The notes beneath the pieces are model-generated. The model worked only from the letters and a program-made list of their open reading frames with translations, did not search any database and had not been told where the DNA came from. Position numbers and translations under genes: made by a program. A stretch of DNA of 63,659 nt from an uncultured Clostridia bacterium (GTDB lineage Bacteria; Bacillota; Clostridia; TANB77; CAG-508), in assembly GCA_944393125.1 (NCBI GenBank), contig CALXZB010000004.1:1-63659 (forward strand). Direction: 5' to 3'. This document shows positions 19,021-29,775 of the stretch, piece after piece (positions within the stretch are counted from its first letter, which is position 1; every line of letters starts with the position of its first letter).

Positions 19021-19620
19021 TTATAATTCTCTTCTTCCTTCTAAAGCTTTTGTAAGTGTTATTTCATCAGTATATTCCAAATCTCCTCCTACTGGAATTC
19101 CATGTGCTATTCTTGTAACTTTTATTCCTAGTGGTTTTATTAATTTAGATAAATACATAGCTGTTGCTTCACCTTCTACTCTAGGATTTGTAGCAAGTAT
19201 AATTTCTTTTACTTGTCCATCCATAAGTCTTGAAAGTAATTCCTTTATCTTAATATCTTCAGGTCCAATTCCATTCATTGGTGATATTGAACCATGTAAT
19301 ACATGATATACTCCTTTAAATTCATGTGTTCTTTCCATTGCTATTATGTCTCTTACATCTTCAACAACACATATTTGTGAGTGATCTCTTTTAGGATTTG
19401 CACATATAGTGCATGGGTCATTATCTGATATATTATAACACTGACTACAATATTTTAAATTTTTCTTTGCATTTATGATAGAAGAAACAAATTCATTTGT
19501 TTCTTCTTCTGATGCATTTAATATATAAAATGCTAATCTTGCTGCAGTCTTATTTCCTATGCTTGGTAGCTTTTCAAAACTTTGTATTAATTTTTCTATT
19601 GATGGTGAATAATATGACAT
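19021..19620 (-). CDS. recR: Recombination protein RecR
   Basis: 199 aa. C4 zinc finger [16 protein letters not shown] and a Toprim domain. Confidence 0.95.
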   Translation of the reverse strand: MSYYSPSIEKLIQSFEKLPSIGNKTAARLAFYILNASEEETNEFVSSIINAKKNLKYCSQCYNISDNDPCTICANPKRDHSQICVVEDVRDIIAMERTHEFKGVYHVLHGSISPMNGIGPEDIKIKELLSRLMDGQVKEIILATNPRVEGEATAMYLSKLIKPLGIKVTRIAHGIPVGGDLEYTDEITLTKALEGRREL

Positions 19621-19631
19621 TTTGTTCTCCT

Positions 19632-19973
19632 CTACATTAATCCTGGAATATTATATTTCCCCATTGTTGCAGATTGTGCATCATCTACCTGTTTAAATGC
19701 TTGATTTATACAAGTAATTATTAGGTCTTGTAACATTTCTACATCATCTGGATCTACAACATCTTTTTGTAATTCTAGTTTTAAAATTTGTTTTTGACCA
19801 TTAACTTTTACTGTTACAGCGCCTCCTCCTGCTGATGCTTCAAATTCTTTTACTGCAAGTTCTGTTTGTGATTTTTCTAAATCTGCTTGCATTTTTTTTG
19901 CTTCTTTCATTAAACTATTGATGTTCATTCCACCAAATCCTCCCATTCCTGGGAATCCTCCTCTTTTTGACAT
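19632..19973 (-). CDS. ybaB: Nucleoid-associated protein YbaB/EbfC
   Basis: 113 aa. Typical [14 protein letters not shown] ... [11 protein letters not shown] sequence and conserved dnaX-ybaB-recR synteny. Confidence 0.93.
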   Translation of the reverse strand: MSKRGGFPGMGGFGGMNINSLMKEAKKMQADLEKSQTELAVKEFEASAGGGAVTVKVNGQKQILKLELQKDVVDPDDVEMLQDLIITCINQAFKQVDDAQSATMGKYNIPGLM

Positions 19974-20011
19974 TTTCTTTTCCTCCTTTTTTATTTTTTG
20001 CTAATATGTAT

Positions 20012-21628
20012 TTATTCTATTACATCAAATGGAATATCAAACTCATTTGCAAAATTACTTAATTCTTTTTCTTCATTGTTTTGCTTGTCATCTTCAGGTT
20101 TCATATCTATATATTTTATAAACATTTCTTTTCCACAAGCAATTGTAACTTGATTAGAAATTTCTTTTTTATTTTCTGGCTTTTCTAAAACTGCTTTTCC
20201 AAAAGGTGTTATTCCATTCAAAAATTCTATTCCTATTGTCATATCATTTATTTCAGTTGCATTTGTGTTTAATAAATTTGTATATAACATTATTTTTCCA
20301 GTTCTTTTAAAGTTATCAACTATATTTTTCCAATATTGTGCTGGTTTTTTATTCTTTCCAATACCTTCTATTTCACTTGTATTAATTGTTTTATTATCAA
20401 CTGTATTATTAATTTTAGTGCTTGTTTTTTTGGTATATGAATTGGTTTGTTTAGGTATTCCTCCTCCTGATCTTAAATAATTTTCTATTTTTTCTAATCT
20501 TGAATATATATCTTGATTATTTTTTTCTCCATTATTATTATCAGAATTACTATCTTTATCACATAATCTTATAATTCCAGCTTGAAACAATATTAATCTT
20601 TGTGTTGAATTTTTTATATCATTTTCTAGTTTTGATAATTCACTTATAAGATTTATTGCTCTTTCTTTTGATACTGTACTAGATAATTGACTTAATTTTT
20701 CAAAATCTTTATCATTATATATTGTTAATTTTTGATTTGTTTTTACCATTAAAATATCTTTTATATATTTTATAATTTCCCATAATAAATTATTTAAGTC
20801 TTTTCCTTCATCTAATACTTTTGTTATATTTTCCATGGCTTCATCTATATTATATTCTATAATAGATTTAGTAATGCCATGTATATATGTTAGTTTTGGA
20901 ATTCCTACTAATTCTTTTATTTTATCTTCATCTATATCATTTTCCCCATCTTGGACACATCTCTCTAAAATTGATAATGCGTCTCTCATTGCTCCTTCAG
21001 ATAGTGATGCAATAATATTTAATGCTTGTTTTGTTGCATTTATATTACTTTCTTTGCAAACAATTTCCAGTCTTTTAATAATATCTTCATTTGATATTCT
21101 TTTGAAATCAAATCTTTGGCATCTTGACAGAATTGTTGCAGGTAATTTTTGTGGTTCTGTAGTTGCTAATATAAATTTAACATGTTCTGGTGGTTCTTCT
21201 AATGTCTTTAATAATGCATTAAAAGCTCCTTGTGATAACATATGAACTTCATCAATTATATATACTCTATATTTAGCTTTTGTTGGTAAAAAATTCACTT
21301 CTTCTCTAATTGAACGAATGTCTTCTACACTGTTATTAGATGCAGCATCCATTTCAACAATATCTGTTAACGATCCATTTAATGCTGCTTTACATATTTC
21401 ACACTCATTACACGGTTCTCCATCTTTTGGGTTTAAACAGTTAATTGCACGTGCTAATACTTTTGCAGATGTAGTCTTTCCGGTTCCTCTTCCACCATTA
21501 AATAAGTATGCATGTCCAACCCTATTAGCAATTATTTGATTTCTAAGTGTTCTTGTTATATGTTCTTGACCTACCATTTCACTAAATGTTTGTGGTCTAA
21601 ATTTTCTATAAAGTGCTGTGTACCCCAT
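20012..21628 (-). CDS. dnaX: DNA polymerase III subunit gamma/tau
   Basis: Start set at Met21 (MGYTALYRKFRPQTF). Walker A GGRGTGKTT, zinc module CNECEIC, Walker B IIDEVHML. Confidence 0.93.
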   Translation of the reverse strand: MGYTALYRKFRPQTFSEMVGQEHITRTLRNQIIANRVGHAYLFNGGRGTGKTTSAKVLARAINCLNPKDGEPCNECEICKAALNGSLTDIVEMDAASNNSVEDIRSIREEVNFLPTKAKYRVYIIDEVHMLSQGAFNALLKTLEEPPEHVKFILATTEPQKLPATILSRCQRFDFKRISNEDIIKRLEIVCKESNINATKQALNIIASLSEGAMRDALSILERCVQDGENDIDEDKIKELVGIPKLTYIHGITKSIIEYNIDEAMENITKVLDEGKDLNNLLWEIIKYIKDILMVKTNQKLTIYNDKDFEKLSQLSSTVSKERAINLISELSKLENDIKNSTQRLILFQAGIIRLCDKDSNSDNNNGEKNNQDIYSRLEKIENYLRSGGGIPKQTNSYTKKTSTKINNTVDNKTINTSEIEGIGKNKKPAQYWKNIVDNFKRTGKIMLYTNLLNTNATEINDMTIGIEFLNGITPFGKAVLEKPENKKEISNQVTIACGKEMFIKYIDMKPEDDKQNNEEKELSNFANEFDIPFDVIE

Positions 21629-21654
21629 TTTTTCACGTCCTTTATATTTAAAAA

Positions 21655-21795
21655 ATGGTGTGATTGTCAATTTCTCTATGGAAAACAATTCTCACATAAA
21701 AGTGACTATTTATTGCTGCTTCCTTCCGGACCTGACAAGGTTCATAGGCTCTTATTGAGCTTGTTTTCCATACAGAAATCAACTTTCATACCATT
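21655..21795 (-). ncRNA. ffs: Signal recognition particle RNA (small, roughly 140 nt form); boundaries approximate
   Basis: The minus strand contains the conserved domain IV motif GTCAGGTCCGGAAGGAAGCAGC. The 5' segment TATGGAAAACAA pairs with the 3' segment TTGTTTTCCATA, followed by a T-run. Position is the conserved one between tadA and dnaX. Confidence 0.8.
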
Positions 21796-21798
21796 GCT

Positions 21799-21827
21799 AT
21801 TATATACTCTATTAAATAATTTTGCAA
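21799..21827 (-). promoter_or_regulatory. Sigma-A promoter of the SRP RNA
   Basis: On the minus strand: TTGCAA (21822-21827), 17-nt spacer, TATAAT (21799-21804), immediately upstream of the predicted RNA 5' end. Confidence 0.6.
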
Positions 21828-21836
21828 GTATTTTTA

Positions 21837-22580
21837 TTAATTTTCGATTCTTTTAAAAATTATATCATCAAGATTTGTAATTTCTGTTCCTGTTGTCCCC
21901 TTTTCTATAATTTCATCTGTTGGTATATCTAGTTGGATTGTAGATTGATATTTTTTGCCACTAGTCAATTGTATTATTATATCAAACGATAATTTTGTTT
22001 TTAAGTCTTCATTTGTTATGTTTGTTAATTTTAATAATTGACTATGGTCTATTTGTTCATCATCATTTGAAATATATTGTGATAAATTATTTATTCCATA
22101 TCTAAATGCTACTATTCCTCCTTGATTTGAAATTTTTTGTTCTTTTATATTTGATTCTAATTCGCCTGTATAAACTATATTGGTAATTTCATTTTCTTGT
22201 TTATTTATAAACATCCTTTTTTCATCTACTACTGGTTTATATATTTTGGTTTGGCCTTTTTGATTTTGCTTATTAATTATTAAATTATTAATTTCAACTT
22301 GCTTTATTATTTCTGTTTTTCCATAACTAGAATTTTTTTCAATATAAATATATATATCATTATTTTGGTTTACAGTTAAATTCCATTTTTCTGTTGCCCC
22401 TTCTACAGCCATTCCTTCTACACTTTCTACTATAGAAATTTTAGTTATTTTGAATGGCATATTTAGTTCTCCTTCTACTTGATATCTTAAAATAAGTATT
22501 CCAGAAATAAATAGTATTGAAAATATTATTACTATTATCATAATAATATGAAACATTTTTTTATTTAAATTTCTAATCAT
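21837..22580 (-). CDS. Hypothetical membrane-anchored protein
   Basis: 247 aa with one N-terminal TM helix. Its start overlaps the tadA stop by 8 nt. No family recognised. Confidence 0.6.
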   Translation of the reverse strand: MIRNLNKKMFHIIMIIVIIFSILFISGILILRYQVEGELNMPFKITKISIVESVEGMAVEGATEKWNLTVNQNNDIYIYIEKNSSYGKTEIIKQVEINNLIINKQNQKGQTKIYKPVVDEKRMFINKQENEITNIVYTGELESNIKEQKISNQGGIVAFRYGINNLSQYISNDDEQIDHSQLLKLTNITNEDLKTKLSFDIIIQLTSGKKYQSTIQLDIPTDEIIEKGTTGTEITNLDDIIFKRIEN

Positions 22581-23064
22581 TTTTTCCTCCGCTTTTTATC
22601 TTACGTAATTCTTTAAAAAATTTTTTTAAAATATTTTCACAGTCTTCACTTAAAATTCCTGTTTCACTTTCTACTTTATGATTAAATGTATAATCTTCAA
22701 ACAAATTCAATACAGAGCCAACAGCTCCAGTTTTTTCATCCATTGTTCCAATATATACTTTTTTTATTCTTGAATTTATTATAGCTCCCGCACACATAGT
22801 ACATGGTTCTAAAGTTACATACATCTCACAATCTATTAATCTCCATGATTTTAGTTTTTTACTTGCTTTTTGAATTGCTATTATTTCCGCATGTTTTGTT
22901 GTGTCTATTTTGGTTTCTTTTTGGTTATGTGCTCTTGCTATTATTTTCCCATCTTTTACTATTATTGCTCCAACTGGTACTTCTAATTTTTTATATGCTT
23001 TTTCTGCTTCTTTTATTGCTTGTTTCATATAATATTTTTTATCATGTATTTGAATTTGTTGCAT
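22573..23064 (-). CDS. tadA: tRNA-specific adenosine deaminase
   Basis: Deaminase motifs HAEIIAI and TLEPCTMCAGAI. Start set at the internal Met (MQQIQIHDKKYYMKQAIKEA), because the longer track ORF runs into the tRNA gene. Confidence 0.9.
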   Translation of the reverse strand: MQQIQIHDKKYYMKQAIKEAEKAYKKLEVPVGAIIVKDGKIIARAHNQKETKIDTTKHAEIIAIQKASKKLKSWRLIDCEMYVTLEPCTMCAGAIINSRIKKVYIGTMDEKTGAVGSVLNLFEDYTFNHKVESETGILSEDCENILKKFFKELRKIKSGGKND

Positions 23065-23118
23065 TTTCACACTCTTTCTTTCTATTTTTGTTTCATAAAG
23101 TAAGTATCTTTCACTATT

Positions 23119-23194
<76 letters not shown>

Positions 23195-23310
23195 ATATAA
23201 TTACATTTTGCATTATATCACAAATACGATTGACATGCAATAAAAACTTGACAAGCATGTTATAATTAAATAAAATTATTTTTAACTAAACCAAGTAGAA
23301 AGGATTTTTT

Positions 23311-24027
23311 ATGCAACAAATTTTAAGTAAAATGAGAAAAGCTATTGAAGAATATAATATGATTGATGATGGTGATAAAATTGCTGTATGTCTTTCTGGT
23401 GGAAAAGATTCTATAACATTATTAAATGGATTAAAAGCACTTCAAAGATTCTACCCTAAAAAATTTGAATTAATAGCAATTTCTGTAAATCCAGGATTTG
23501 AATTTTTTGATGAAAAAATTTTGCAAAATAGCTGTGATGAAATAAATGTCCCTTTATTTATTGAAAATAGTAATATTAAGGAAATAGTTTTTGATGTTAG
23601 AAAAGAAAAAAATCCATGTTCTTTATGTGCAAATTTGCGTAGAGGAATAATTAATAGTGTAGCTATTAGAGAAGGATGTAATAAAATCGCACTTGGTCAT
23701 AATATGGATGATGTTCTAGAAACATTTTTACTAAATTTGCTATATACTGGGAGTATTTCAACTTTTTCTCCTAAGAGTTTTATGGATAGAACAAAAATTA
23801 CTCTTATTAGACCTTTAATTTTATTAAGCGAAAAAGATACAAATCGTTTTGTAAAGAAAAATAACAAACACATTATGCCTAAAATTTGTCCTATGGATGA
23901 ACATACAAAAAGAGAAGATATAAAAAAGCAAATCTTTCTGTGGCAAAAGGATATCCCTATGATTAGAGCCAATTTGTTTGGAGCAATTTCTAGAAATTTA
24001 CCTGATTGGAGAAAAGCGGAAAATTAA
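23311..24027 (+). CDS. ttcA: PP-loop ATPase, tRNA 2-thiocytidine biosynthesis TtcA family
   Basis: 238 aa. PP-loop CLSGGKDS and Cys motifs CSLC and CPMD. Confidence 0.8.
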   Translation: MQQILSKMRKAIEEYNMIDDGDKIAVCLSGGKDSITLLNGLKALQRFYPKKFELIAISVNPGFEFFDEKILQNSCDEINVPLFIENSNIKEIVFDVRKEKNPCSLCANLRRGIINSVAIREGCNKIALGHNMDDVLETFLLNLLYTGSISTFSPKSFMDRTKITLIRPLILLSEKDTNRFVKKNNKHIMPKICPMDEHTKREDIKKQIFLWQKDIPMIRANLFGAISRNLPDWRKAEN

Positions 24028-24042
24028 TTTCCGCTTTTCAAT

Positions 24043-25773
24043 TTAATTATCTTTTACTAATTTTACCATTGCCTCTTTTAAATTGTCTAATTCAATATTT
24101 GCATTTTTTTCACTATTTCCTTTAACACCAAAGTAAAGTTTTATCTTAGGTTCTGTTCCAGAAGGTCTTACACAACACCAAGCATCATTTTCTAGAGAAT
24201 AATATAAAACATTAGATTTTGGTAATTCACTCTTATATTCTTCTCCTGTTTCCATGTTTTTAACATAATCCCTATCAATGTCTTTAAAAATCAAAACTTT
24301 ATATGTTCCTATTTTATGAATGTCTTTATTTCTCATCTTTGACATCATTTCTTTAATTTTTTCAGCTCCTTCTGAACCTTCTAAAACAATTGACACTTGA
24401 TCTTCTTTATAATATCCATATTTTTTATATATATTATTCATTTGATCCCATAAAGTTATTCCATGTTCTTTATAATATGCTGCAGCTTCGCACAATGACA
24501 TTACTGCTGCTATACCATCTTTATCTCTTGCGTAATCTCCTATTAGACAACCATAACTTTCTTCAAATCCAAATACATAAGTTTTGTCATGATTTTCTTC
24601 TGCTTTTTTCATTACTTCACCTATATTTTTGAATCCTGTTAAAACTTCTATACATTCTAATCCATAATTTTTAGAAATAGCTTTTGCTAAATCAGAAGAT
24701 ACAACTGTTGTAATAAGCATACCATTTTTAGGTAAAATATCTTTTTCCTTCATTTGAGAAATTCTGTATTCAGCAATTAATAAAGCTGACATATTTCCTG
24801 TATATGACATATATTCACCAGTTTTAGTATCTTTAGCATAAATTCCAAGTCTATCTGCATCTGGGTCTGTAGCTAAAACTATGTCAGCATCAACTTTTTT
24901 TGCTAATTCTAAAGCTAATTTAAAGGCTTTTTTTTCTTCAGGGTTTGGATAATCAACTGTTGGAAAATTTCCATCTGGTTTTTCTTGTTCTGGAACAACA
25001 TAAACATTTTCAAATCCTATTTCATTTAATAATCTTTTTGCAATTGTATTTCCTGTTCCATGTAAAGGTGTATATACAATTTTTAAGTTTTTTCCTTGTT
25101 TTTTCACTATTTCTGGATTTAATATATATTTTTTTAGTGTATTTATGTATTTATCATCCATTTCTTTTCCAATAATATGAAATAATCCTTTTTTAATTGC
25201 TTCTTCTTTATTTATTGTTTTTATCTCTTTAAAATCTTTTATTTCTCTCACTTTATTTATTATTTCTTTATCTCTTGGTGCAATTATTTGAGCTCCATCA
25301 TCCCAATAAACTTTATACCCATTATATTTAGGTGGATTATGGCTTGCTGTTATCATTATTCCTGCTGTTGCTCCTAACTCCCTTACTGCAAATGATAGTT
25401 CTGGTACAGGTCTTAAATTTTCAAATAAATATGCTTTTATTCCATTTGCATTTAATATTAAAGCAGTTTGCATACTAAATTCATCTGACATTTTTCTTGA
25501 ATCATAGCTTATTACAACACCTTTATCTTGTGTTCCTTGTTCTAATATGTAATTTGCTAAGCCTTGTGTTGCTTTTCCTACAGTATATTTATTCATTCTG
25601 TTTGTTCCTATTCCTATTATTCCTCGTAAACCAGCAGTTCCAAATTCTAATTCTTTATAGAATCTATCTTCAATTTCTTTTTCATCGTTTTTAATAGATA
25701 TTAGTTCTTTTTTTGTTTCTTCATCAAAATTTACATCTTCACACCATTTTTTATATTCTTCTAAATAATTCAT
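24043..25773 (-). CDS. pgcA: Phosphoglucomutase / phosphomannomutase (alpha-D-phosphohexomutase)
   Basis: 576 aa. Active-site loop TASHNPPKYNGYK, metal-binding DPDADR, sugar-binding loop GFEESYG. Confidence 0.9.
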   Translation of the reverse strand: MNYLEEYKKWCEDVNFDEETKKELISIKNDEKEIEDRFYKELEFGTAGLRGIIGIGTNRMNKYTVGKATQGLANYILEQGTQDKGVVISYDSRKMSDEFSMQTALILNANGIKAYLFENLRPVPELSFAVRELGATAGIMITASHNPPKYNGYKVYWDDGAQIIAPRDKEIINKVREIKDFKEIKTINKEEAIKKGLFHIIGKEMDDKYINTLKKYILNPEIVKKQGKNLKIVYTPLHGTGNTIAKRLLNEIGFENVYVVPEQEKPDGNFPTVDYPNPEEKKAFKLALELAKKVDADIVLATDPDADRLGIYAKDTKTGEYMSYTGNMSALLIAEYRISQMKEKDILPKNGMLITTVVSSDLAKAISKNYGLECIEVLTGFKNIGEVMKKAEENHDKTYVFGFEESYGCLIGDYARDKDGIAAVMSLCEAAAYYKEHGITLWDQMNNIYKKYGYYKEDQVSIVLEGSEGAEKIKEMMSKMRNKDIHKIGTYKVLIFKDIDRDYVKNMETGEEYKSELPKSNVLYYSLENDAWCCVRPSGTEPKIKLYFGVKGNSEKNANIELDNLKEAMVKLVKDN

Positions 25774-25828
25774 ATTGTATCATCCTTTCAAAAAAAGGAC
25801 AAAATTTAATCTGTCCTTTTAATATGCT

Positions 25829-27070
25829 TTATACTTGATAAAATTTTCTATATAATTCTCTTGCTGTTTCTGGACTATCAATTCCAGATGCATTTTTTAC
25901 TGGAGCAAATTCTTCTTCTCTTTTTACTCTCAATATTGCCATATCATCTAATTCTCCAAATGCATCAAACAAAAAGGCTTCAAATTTATATGCATTAGGA
26001 CCATCTGGTATTACTTTATTACCATTTTTATCTATATATGTTGCCTTTTTAAAAGCTGAATGATATGGTAATGGCTTGTTCCCCATTCTTTCTACTGCAT
26101 TTATATTAAATAAATTACATAAAATATGGGATTCACCATATATAAGTTCTCCTCTTTCATCTGTTGCTTGTGCCATTTCTTCAGGAATTTCTGTATATTC
26201 TACAACTGATGGTCTTCCATTTTTTTTGCAGAAAACTCCTACTTTTTCTTGTGGGTTTGCTTTTACAACAGATTTTCCTGCTGCAGTTACTTGTTTTTGT
26301 ATTGCTATTCCCATCAAAATTGGATCTACCATTTTAACTAAACAGTTGTCTACTCCTCCTATAAATATCCATTCAACTCCAAGCTCTCTCATCTTTTTTG
26401 TCATTCCATTTTTTACAAGAGCTTCATATATTCCGCCATGTCCGTCTGCAGCTTCTTTAATAAGTCCATCTTCTCTAATTAAAATTTTTCCTTCTGTGTC
26501 TACCATTGGTAATTCACCTTGTTTAAAAAAGAATATGTTTTTATCTTTTTCATATCCAAAGTATCTATGCTTTGCAAAAAATTCTATTGTTTCTTTATTA
26601 TTTTCTTCGCTTGTCATAATAAACCATGGTATTATAACATCATATTTTCTTCCTTGTTCTTTTAGTGAATCACTTAATATTTCAAATAATGATTTATGTG
26701 ATTCTAGTCCTATATCAAATGTACCTTTGGGTCCATTATGTCCTAATCTTGTACCTTGTCCTCCAGCCATTGTTACCGCTGCTAATTTTCCAGCTCTTAT
26801 TGCTTTTTCACCAGTTTCTTGAAATCCTTTATAATATCCATTTAATTTTTCTTTGTCTAAAAATTCTATAGGAGTTATTTCTTCATGTGAAATTTCCAAT
26901 TCTTTTTTAGTATTATTATATAGACTATTTATTAATTCAAAATCTATATTTTTAATTTGCTCTAGTAATTGCTTTTGTTTTGATTCATCTAACTTTTCAT
27001 ACATATTCAATAAGTGCTCTTGGGAATATTTTTTAAGAGTTTTTCTAATTGTTTCTAAATTTTCTTCCAT
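25829..27070 (-). CDS. UDP-sugar pyrophosphorylase (UDPGP family, UDP-N-acetylhexosamine pyrophosphorylase-like)
   Basis: 413 aa with nucleotide-binding loop MAGGQGTRLG. Adjacent to the phosphohexomutase gene. Confidence 0.8.
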   Translation of the reverse strand: MEENLETIRKTLKKYSQEHLLNMYEKLDESKQKQLLEQIKNIDFELINSLYNNTKKELEISHEEITPIEFLDKEKLNGYYKGFQETGEKAIRAGKLAAVTMAGGQGTRLGHNGPKGTFDIGLESHKSLFEILSDSLKEQGRKYDVIIPWFIMTSEENNKETIEFFAKHRYFGYEKDKNIFFFKQGELPMVDTEGKILIREDGLIKEAADGHGGIYEALVKNGMTKKMRELGVEWIFIGGVDNCLVKMVDPILMGIAIQKQVTAAGKSVVKANPQEKVGVFCKKNGRPSVVEYTEIPEEMAQATDERGELIYGESHILCNLFNINAVERMGNKPLPYHSAFKKATYIDKNGNKVIPDGPNAYKFEAFLFDAFGELDDMAILRVKREEEFAPVKNASGIDSPETARELYRKFYQV

Positions 27071-27149
27071 TTGTATACTTCCTTTCTTGCTCCATATGAT
27101 ATATATATACTATTTTATCATTTTTTTCAATACTTTATACTAAAAATTT

Positions 27150-27566
27150 TTAAAAGGTATGTTTTCCTAGAGTATTTAATGAATTTTCATATTGTTTTAC
27201 GATGTTTTCAATATCATCTTTTTCTTTTTCAAATTCATAGCAATCTAAAACACTTAAAATATTTCTTCCTTCTAATTCCTTATTTTTATCTTTTATAAAC
27301 TCTTTTGTTCCTATTATAATTACATTTGAATTATCTTTTATTTCTTGTTCTCCATTCCAACCTAATTTTAATATCTTTTCTTTATTTTCTTCTTTTAAAT
27401 TTATTTTTGATATCAATGTTTCTAATGTTTCTCTTAACTTTTTTTGAGTTATTATTGTTATGTCCTCATTTATTTTTTCATTTATATATGGTACTAAAAT
27501 CATTTCTAAATGAAATTCACTTACATAGAAACAACATATTTTTTCTCTTTCGTATTTAATAATCAT
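27150..27566 (-). CDS. Hypothetical protein
   Basis: 138-aa ORF with normal (not shadow-ORF-like) amino-acid composition. No family recognised. Confidence 0.55.
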   Translation of the reverse strand: MIIKYEREKICCFYVSEFHLEMILVPYINEKINEDITIITQKKLRETLETLISKINLKEENKEKILKLGWNGEQEIKDNSNVIIIGTKEFIKDKNKELEGRNILSVLDCYEFEKEKDDIENIVKQYENSLNTLGKHTF

Positions 27567-27718
27567 TTTTTCATTCCTTTCGATTATATTTACTGGTAAA
27601 TTTTACCATTTATTTTTATTTTTGTCAAGCTTTTTCCTTTAAATGAATAATTTATTTTTTTTGGTTAATAATTATTTTAAAGATATTTTTTGACAAAAAT
27701 GTTTTTAGGAGGCGAATT

Positions 27719-28381
27719 ATGAAATTTTTTAAAAGTCAAAAATTTAAAAGTTTTATTTTAATATTGTTTTTATTATTTTTATATATTTTTATATCTGCAC
27801 AACAATATGTTTTTGCAGTATCAGGTAACTTATCAGATGCTGTTTTTAGATTACATGTTATTGCTAATAGCAATTCAGATGAAGATCAAGCATTAAAATT
27901 AAAAGTACGTGATTCTTTATTAGAATATATGAATAAAATTGCTTTGAATTGTTCTACTAAAGAAGATGCTATTTCTCTTGCATTAGAAAATAAAGATATC
28001 TTTGAAAGTATTGCTCGTGAAACAATAGTTGAAAATGGTTATAATTATGATGTAAAAATTAGCATTAATAACTTTTATTTTCCAACAAAAAATTATGGTG
28101 ATATCACTTTACCAGCAGGTATGTATGATGCATTAAGAGTTGAAATTGGAGAAGCCAAAGGACAAAATTGGTGGTGTGTAATGTTTCCTTCATTGTGCTT
28201 TGTAGACATTTCTTCTGGTATTGTAAATGATGATGCTAAAGAATCTCTTGAGCAAAATCTTAGTGAAGAATCATATACTATAATTTCAAATAAGGAAAAG
28301 TCTAATATTAAATTTAAATTTAAACTTATTGAGTTTTTTGCTGAAAACAATATATTTAAAATAGCCCAAAACAATGATTAA
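27719..28381 (+). CDS. spoIIR: Stage II sporulation protein R
   Basis: 220 aa with a signal/TM segment. Hallmark FRLHVIANSNSDEDQALKLKVRD and QNWWCVMFP motifs. AGGAGG SD. Confidence 0.92.
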   Translation: MKFFKSQKFKSFILILFLLFLYIFISAQQYVFAVSGNLSDAVFRLHVIANSNSDEDQALKLKVRDSLLEYMNKIALNCSTKEDAISLALENKDIFESIARETIVENGYNYDVKISINNFYFPTKNYGDITLPAGMYDALRVEIGEAKGQNWWCVMFPSLCFVDISSGIVNDDAKESLEQNLSEESYTIISNKEKSNIKFKFKLIEFFAENNIFKIAQNND

Positions 28382-28503
28382 TAAAATTTTTTTGTATTTG
28401 TAGCAATATTTATGCTTTTAAACCGATATATTTCAAATTTTTATTGTAATTTTTCTTTATTTATGATATATTTCAAAAGAAGAATATTTAAGGAGGAATA
28501 CTT

Positions 28504-29763
28504 TTGGAAAAATTAGTTATAACAGGAAATACACCTTTGCAAGGAGAAGTAACTATAAGTGGTGCAAAAAATGCAGCTGTAGCAATTTTACCAGCAGCAC
28601 TTTTAATAGATGGAATTTGTACTATTGAAAATTTGCCAAATATAAGTGATGTTAAAAAATCATGTGAAATATTAGAGGGACTTGGAGCAAAAATTACATG
28701 GAATACACCAAATGAAATTACAATTGATACTAGAAATATAGAAAAAACAGAAGCTTCTGAAGAATTAACAAGTAAATTTAGGGCTTCATACTACATTATA
28801 GGAAGTATGTTAGGTCGTAAAAAGAAAATTTCTGTTGGTATGCCTGGCGGATGTAAATTAGGTGCAAGACCTATAGATCAACATATAAAAGGTTTTGAAG
28901 CTTTAGGAGCAAAAGTTGAAGTTGGACAAGGCAAAATATCAGCTTCTGCAGAAAAACTTGTTGGAACTTCTATTTATATGGATGTTGTATCTGTTGGAGC
29001 AACAATAAATGTAATGTTAGCTTCAGTTTTAGCACAAGGAACAACAGTTATTGATAATGCTGCCAAGGAGCCTCATGTTGTTGATGTTGCAAACTTTTTG
29101 AATACAATGGGTGCAGACATTCGTGGTGCTGGAACTGATGTTATAAAAATAAATGGTGTTGAAAAGCTTTCAGGAAACAGTACATATTCGGTTGTTCCTG
29201 ATCAGATTGAAGCAGGTACTTTTATGCTTGCAGCTGTTGCTTCAAAAGGTAATGTCTTAATTAAAAATTGTATTTCAAAACATTTGGAATCTGTCACAGC
29301 AAAAATAATAGAAATTGGTGGGCACGTCGAAGATTTTGGAGATGAAATTAGAGTTTGGGCAGATAAAAGGCCTTCTAAAGCAATAATAAAAACTCAACCT
29401 TATCCTGGTTTTCCTACAGATTTACAACCACAAATGGGAGTTGCTCTTGCAATTGCAAATGGTACTAGTAGGATTATCGAAAATATTTGGGAATCAAGAT
29501 TTCAATATACAGAAGAATTAAATAAAATGGGAGCTAATATTACCGCTCAAGGAAAAACAGCTTTTTTTGAAGGAGTAGAAAAGTTATATGGTTCACCTGT
29601 TTATTCTTCTGATTTACGTGCAGGCGCAGCATTAATAATTGCTGGAATTATTGCAGAAGGAAAAACAGAAATATACAATTTAGAGCATATCGATAGAGGA
29701 TATGAAAACATAGAAGAAAAATTTAGAAAATTAGGTGCACATATCGAAAGAATTAAAGAATAG
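28504..29763 (+). CDS. murA: UDP-N-acetylglucosamine 1-carboxyvinyltransferase
   Basis: 419 aa with a TTG start preceded by AAGGAGGA. Active-site loop PGGCKLGARPID. Confidence 0.93.
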   Translation: MEKLVITGNTPLQGEVTISGAKNAAVAILPAALLIDGICTIENLPNISDVKKSCEILEGLGAKITWNTPNEITIDTRNIEKTEASEELTSKFRASYYIIGSMLGRKKKISVGMPGGCKLGARPIDQHIKGFEALGAKVEVGQGKISASAEKLVGTSIYMDVVSVGATINVMLASVLAQGTTVIDNAAKEPHVVDVANFLNTMGADIRGAGTDVIKINGVEKLSGNSTYSVVPDQIEAGTFMLAAVASKGNVLIKNCISKHLESVTAKIIEIGGHVEDFGDEIRVWADKRPSKAIIKTQPYPGFPTDLQPQMGVALAIANGTSRIIENIWESRFQYTEELNKMGANITAQGKTAFFEGVEKLYGSPVYSSDLRAGAALIIAGIIAEGKTEIYNLEHIDRGYENIEEKFRKLGAHIERIKE

Positions 29764-29775
29764 GAAGAAATACTT

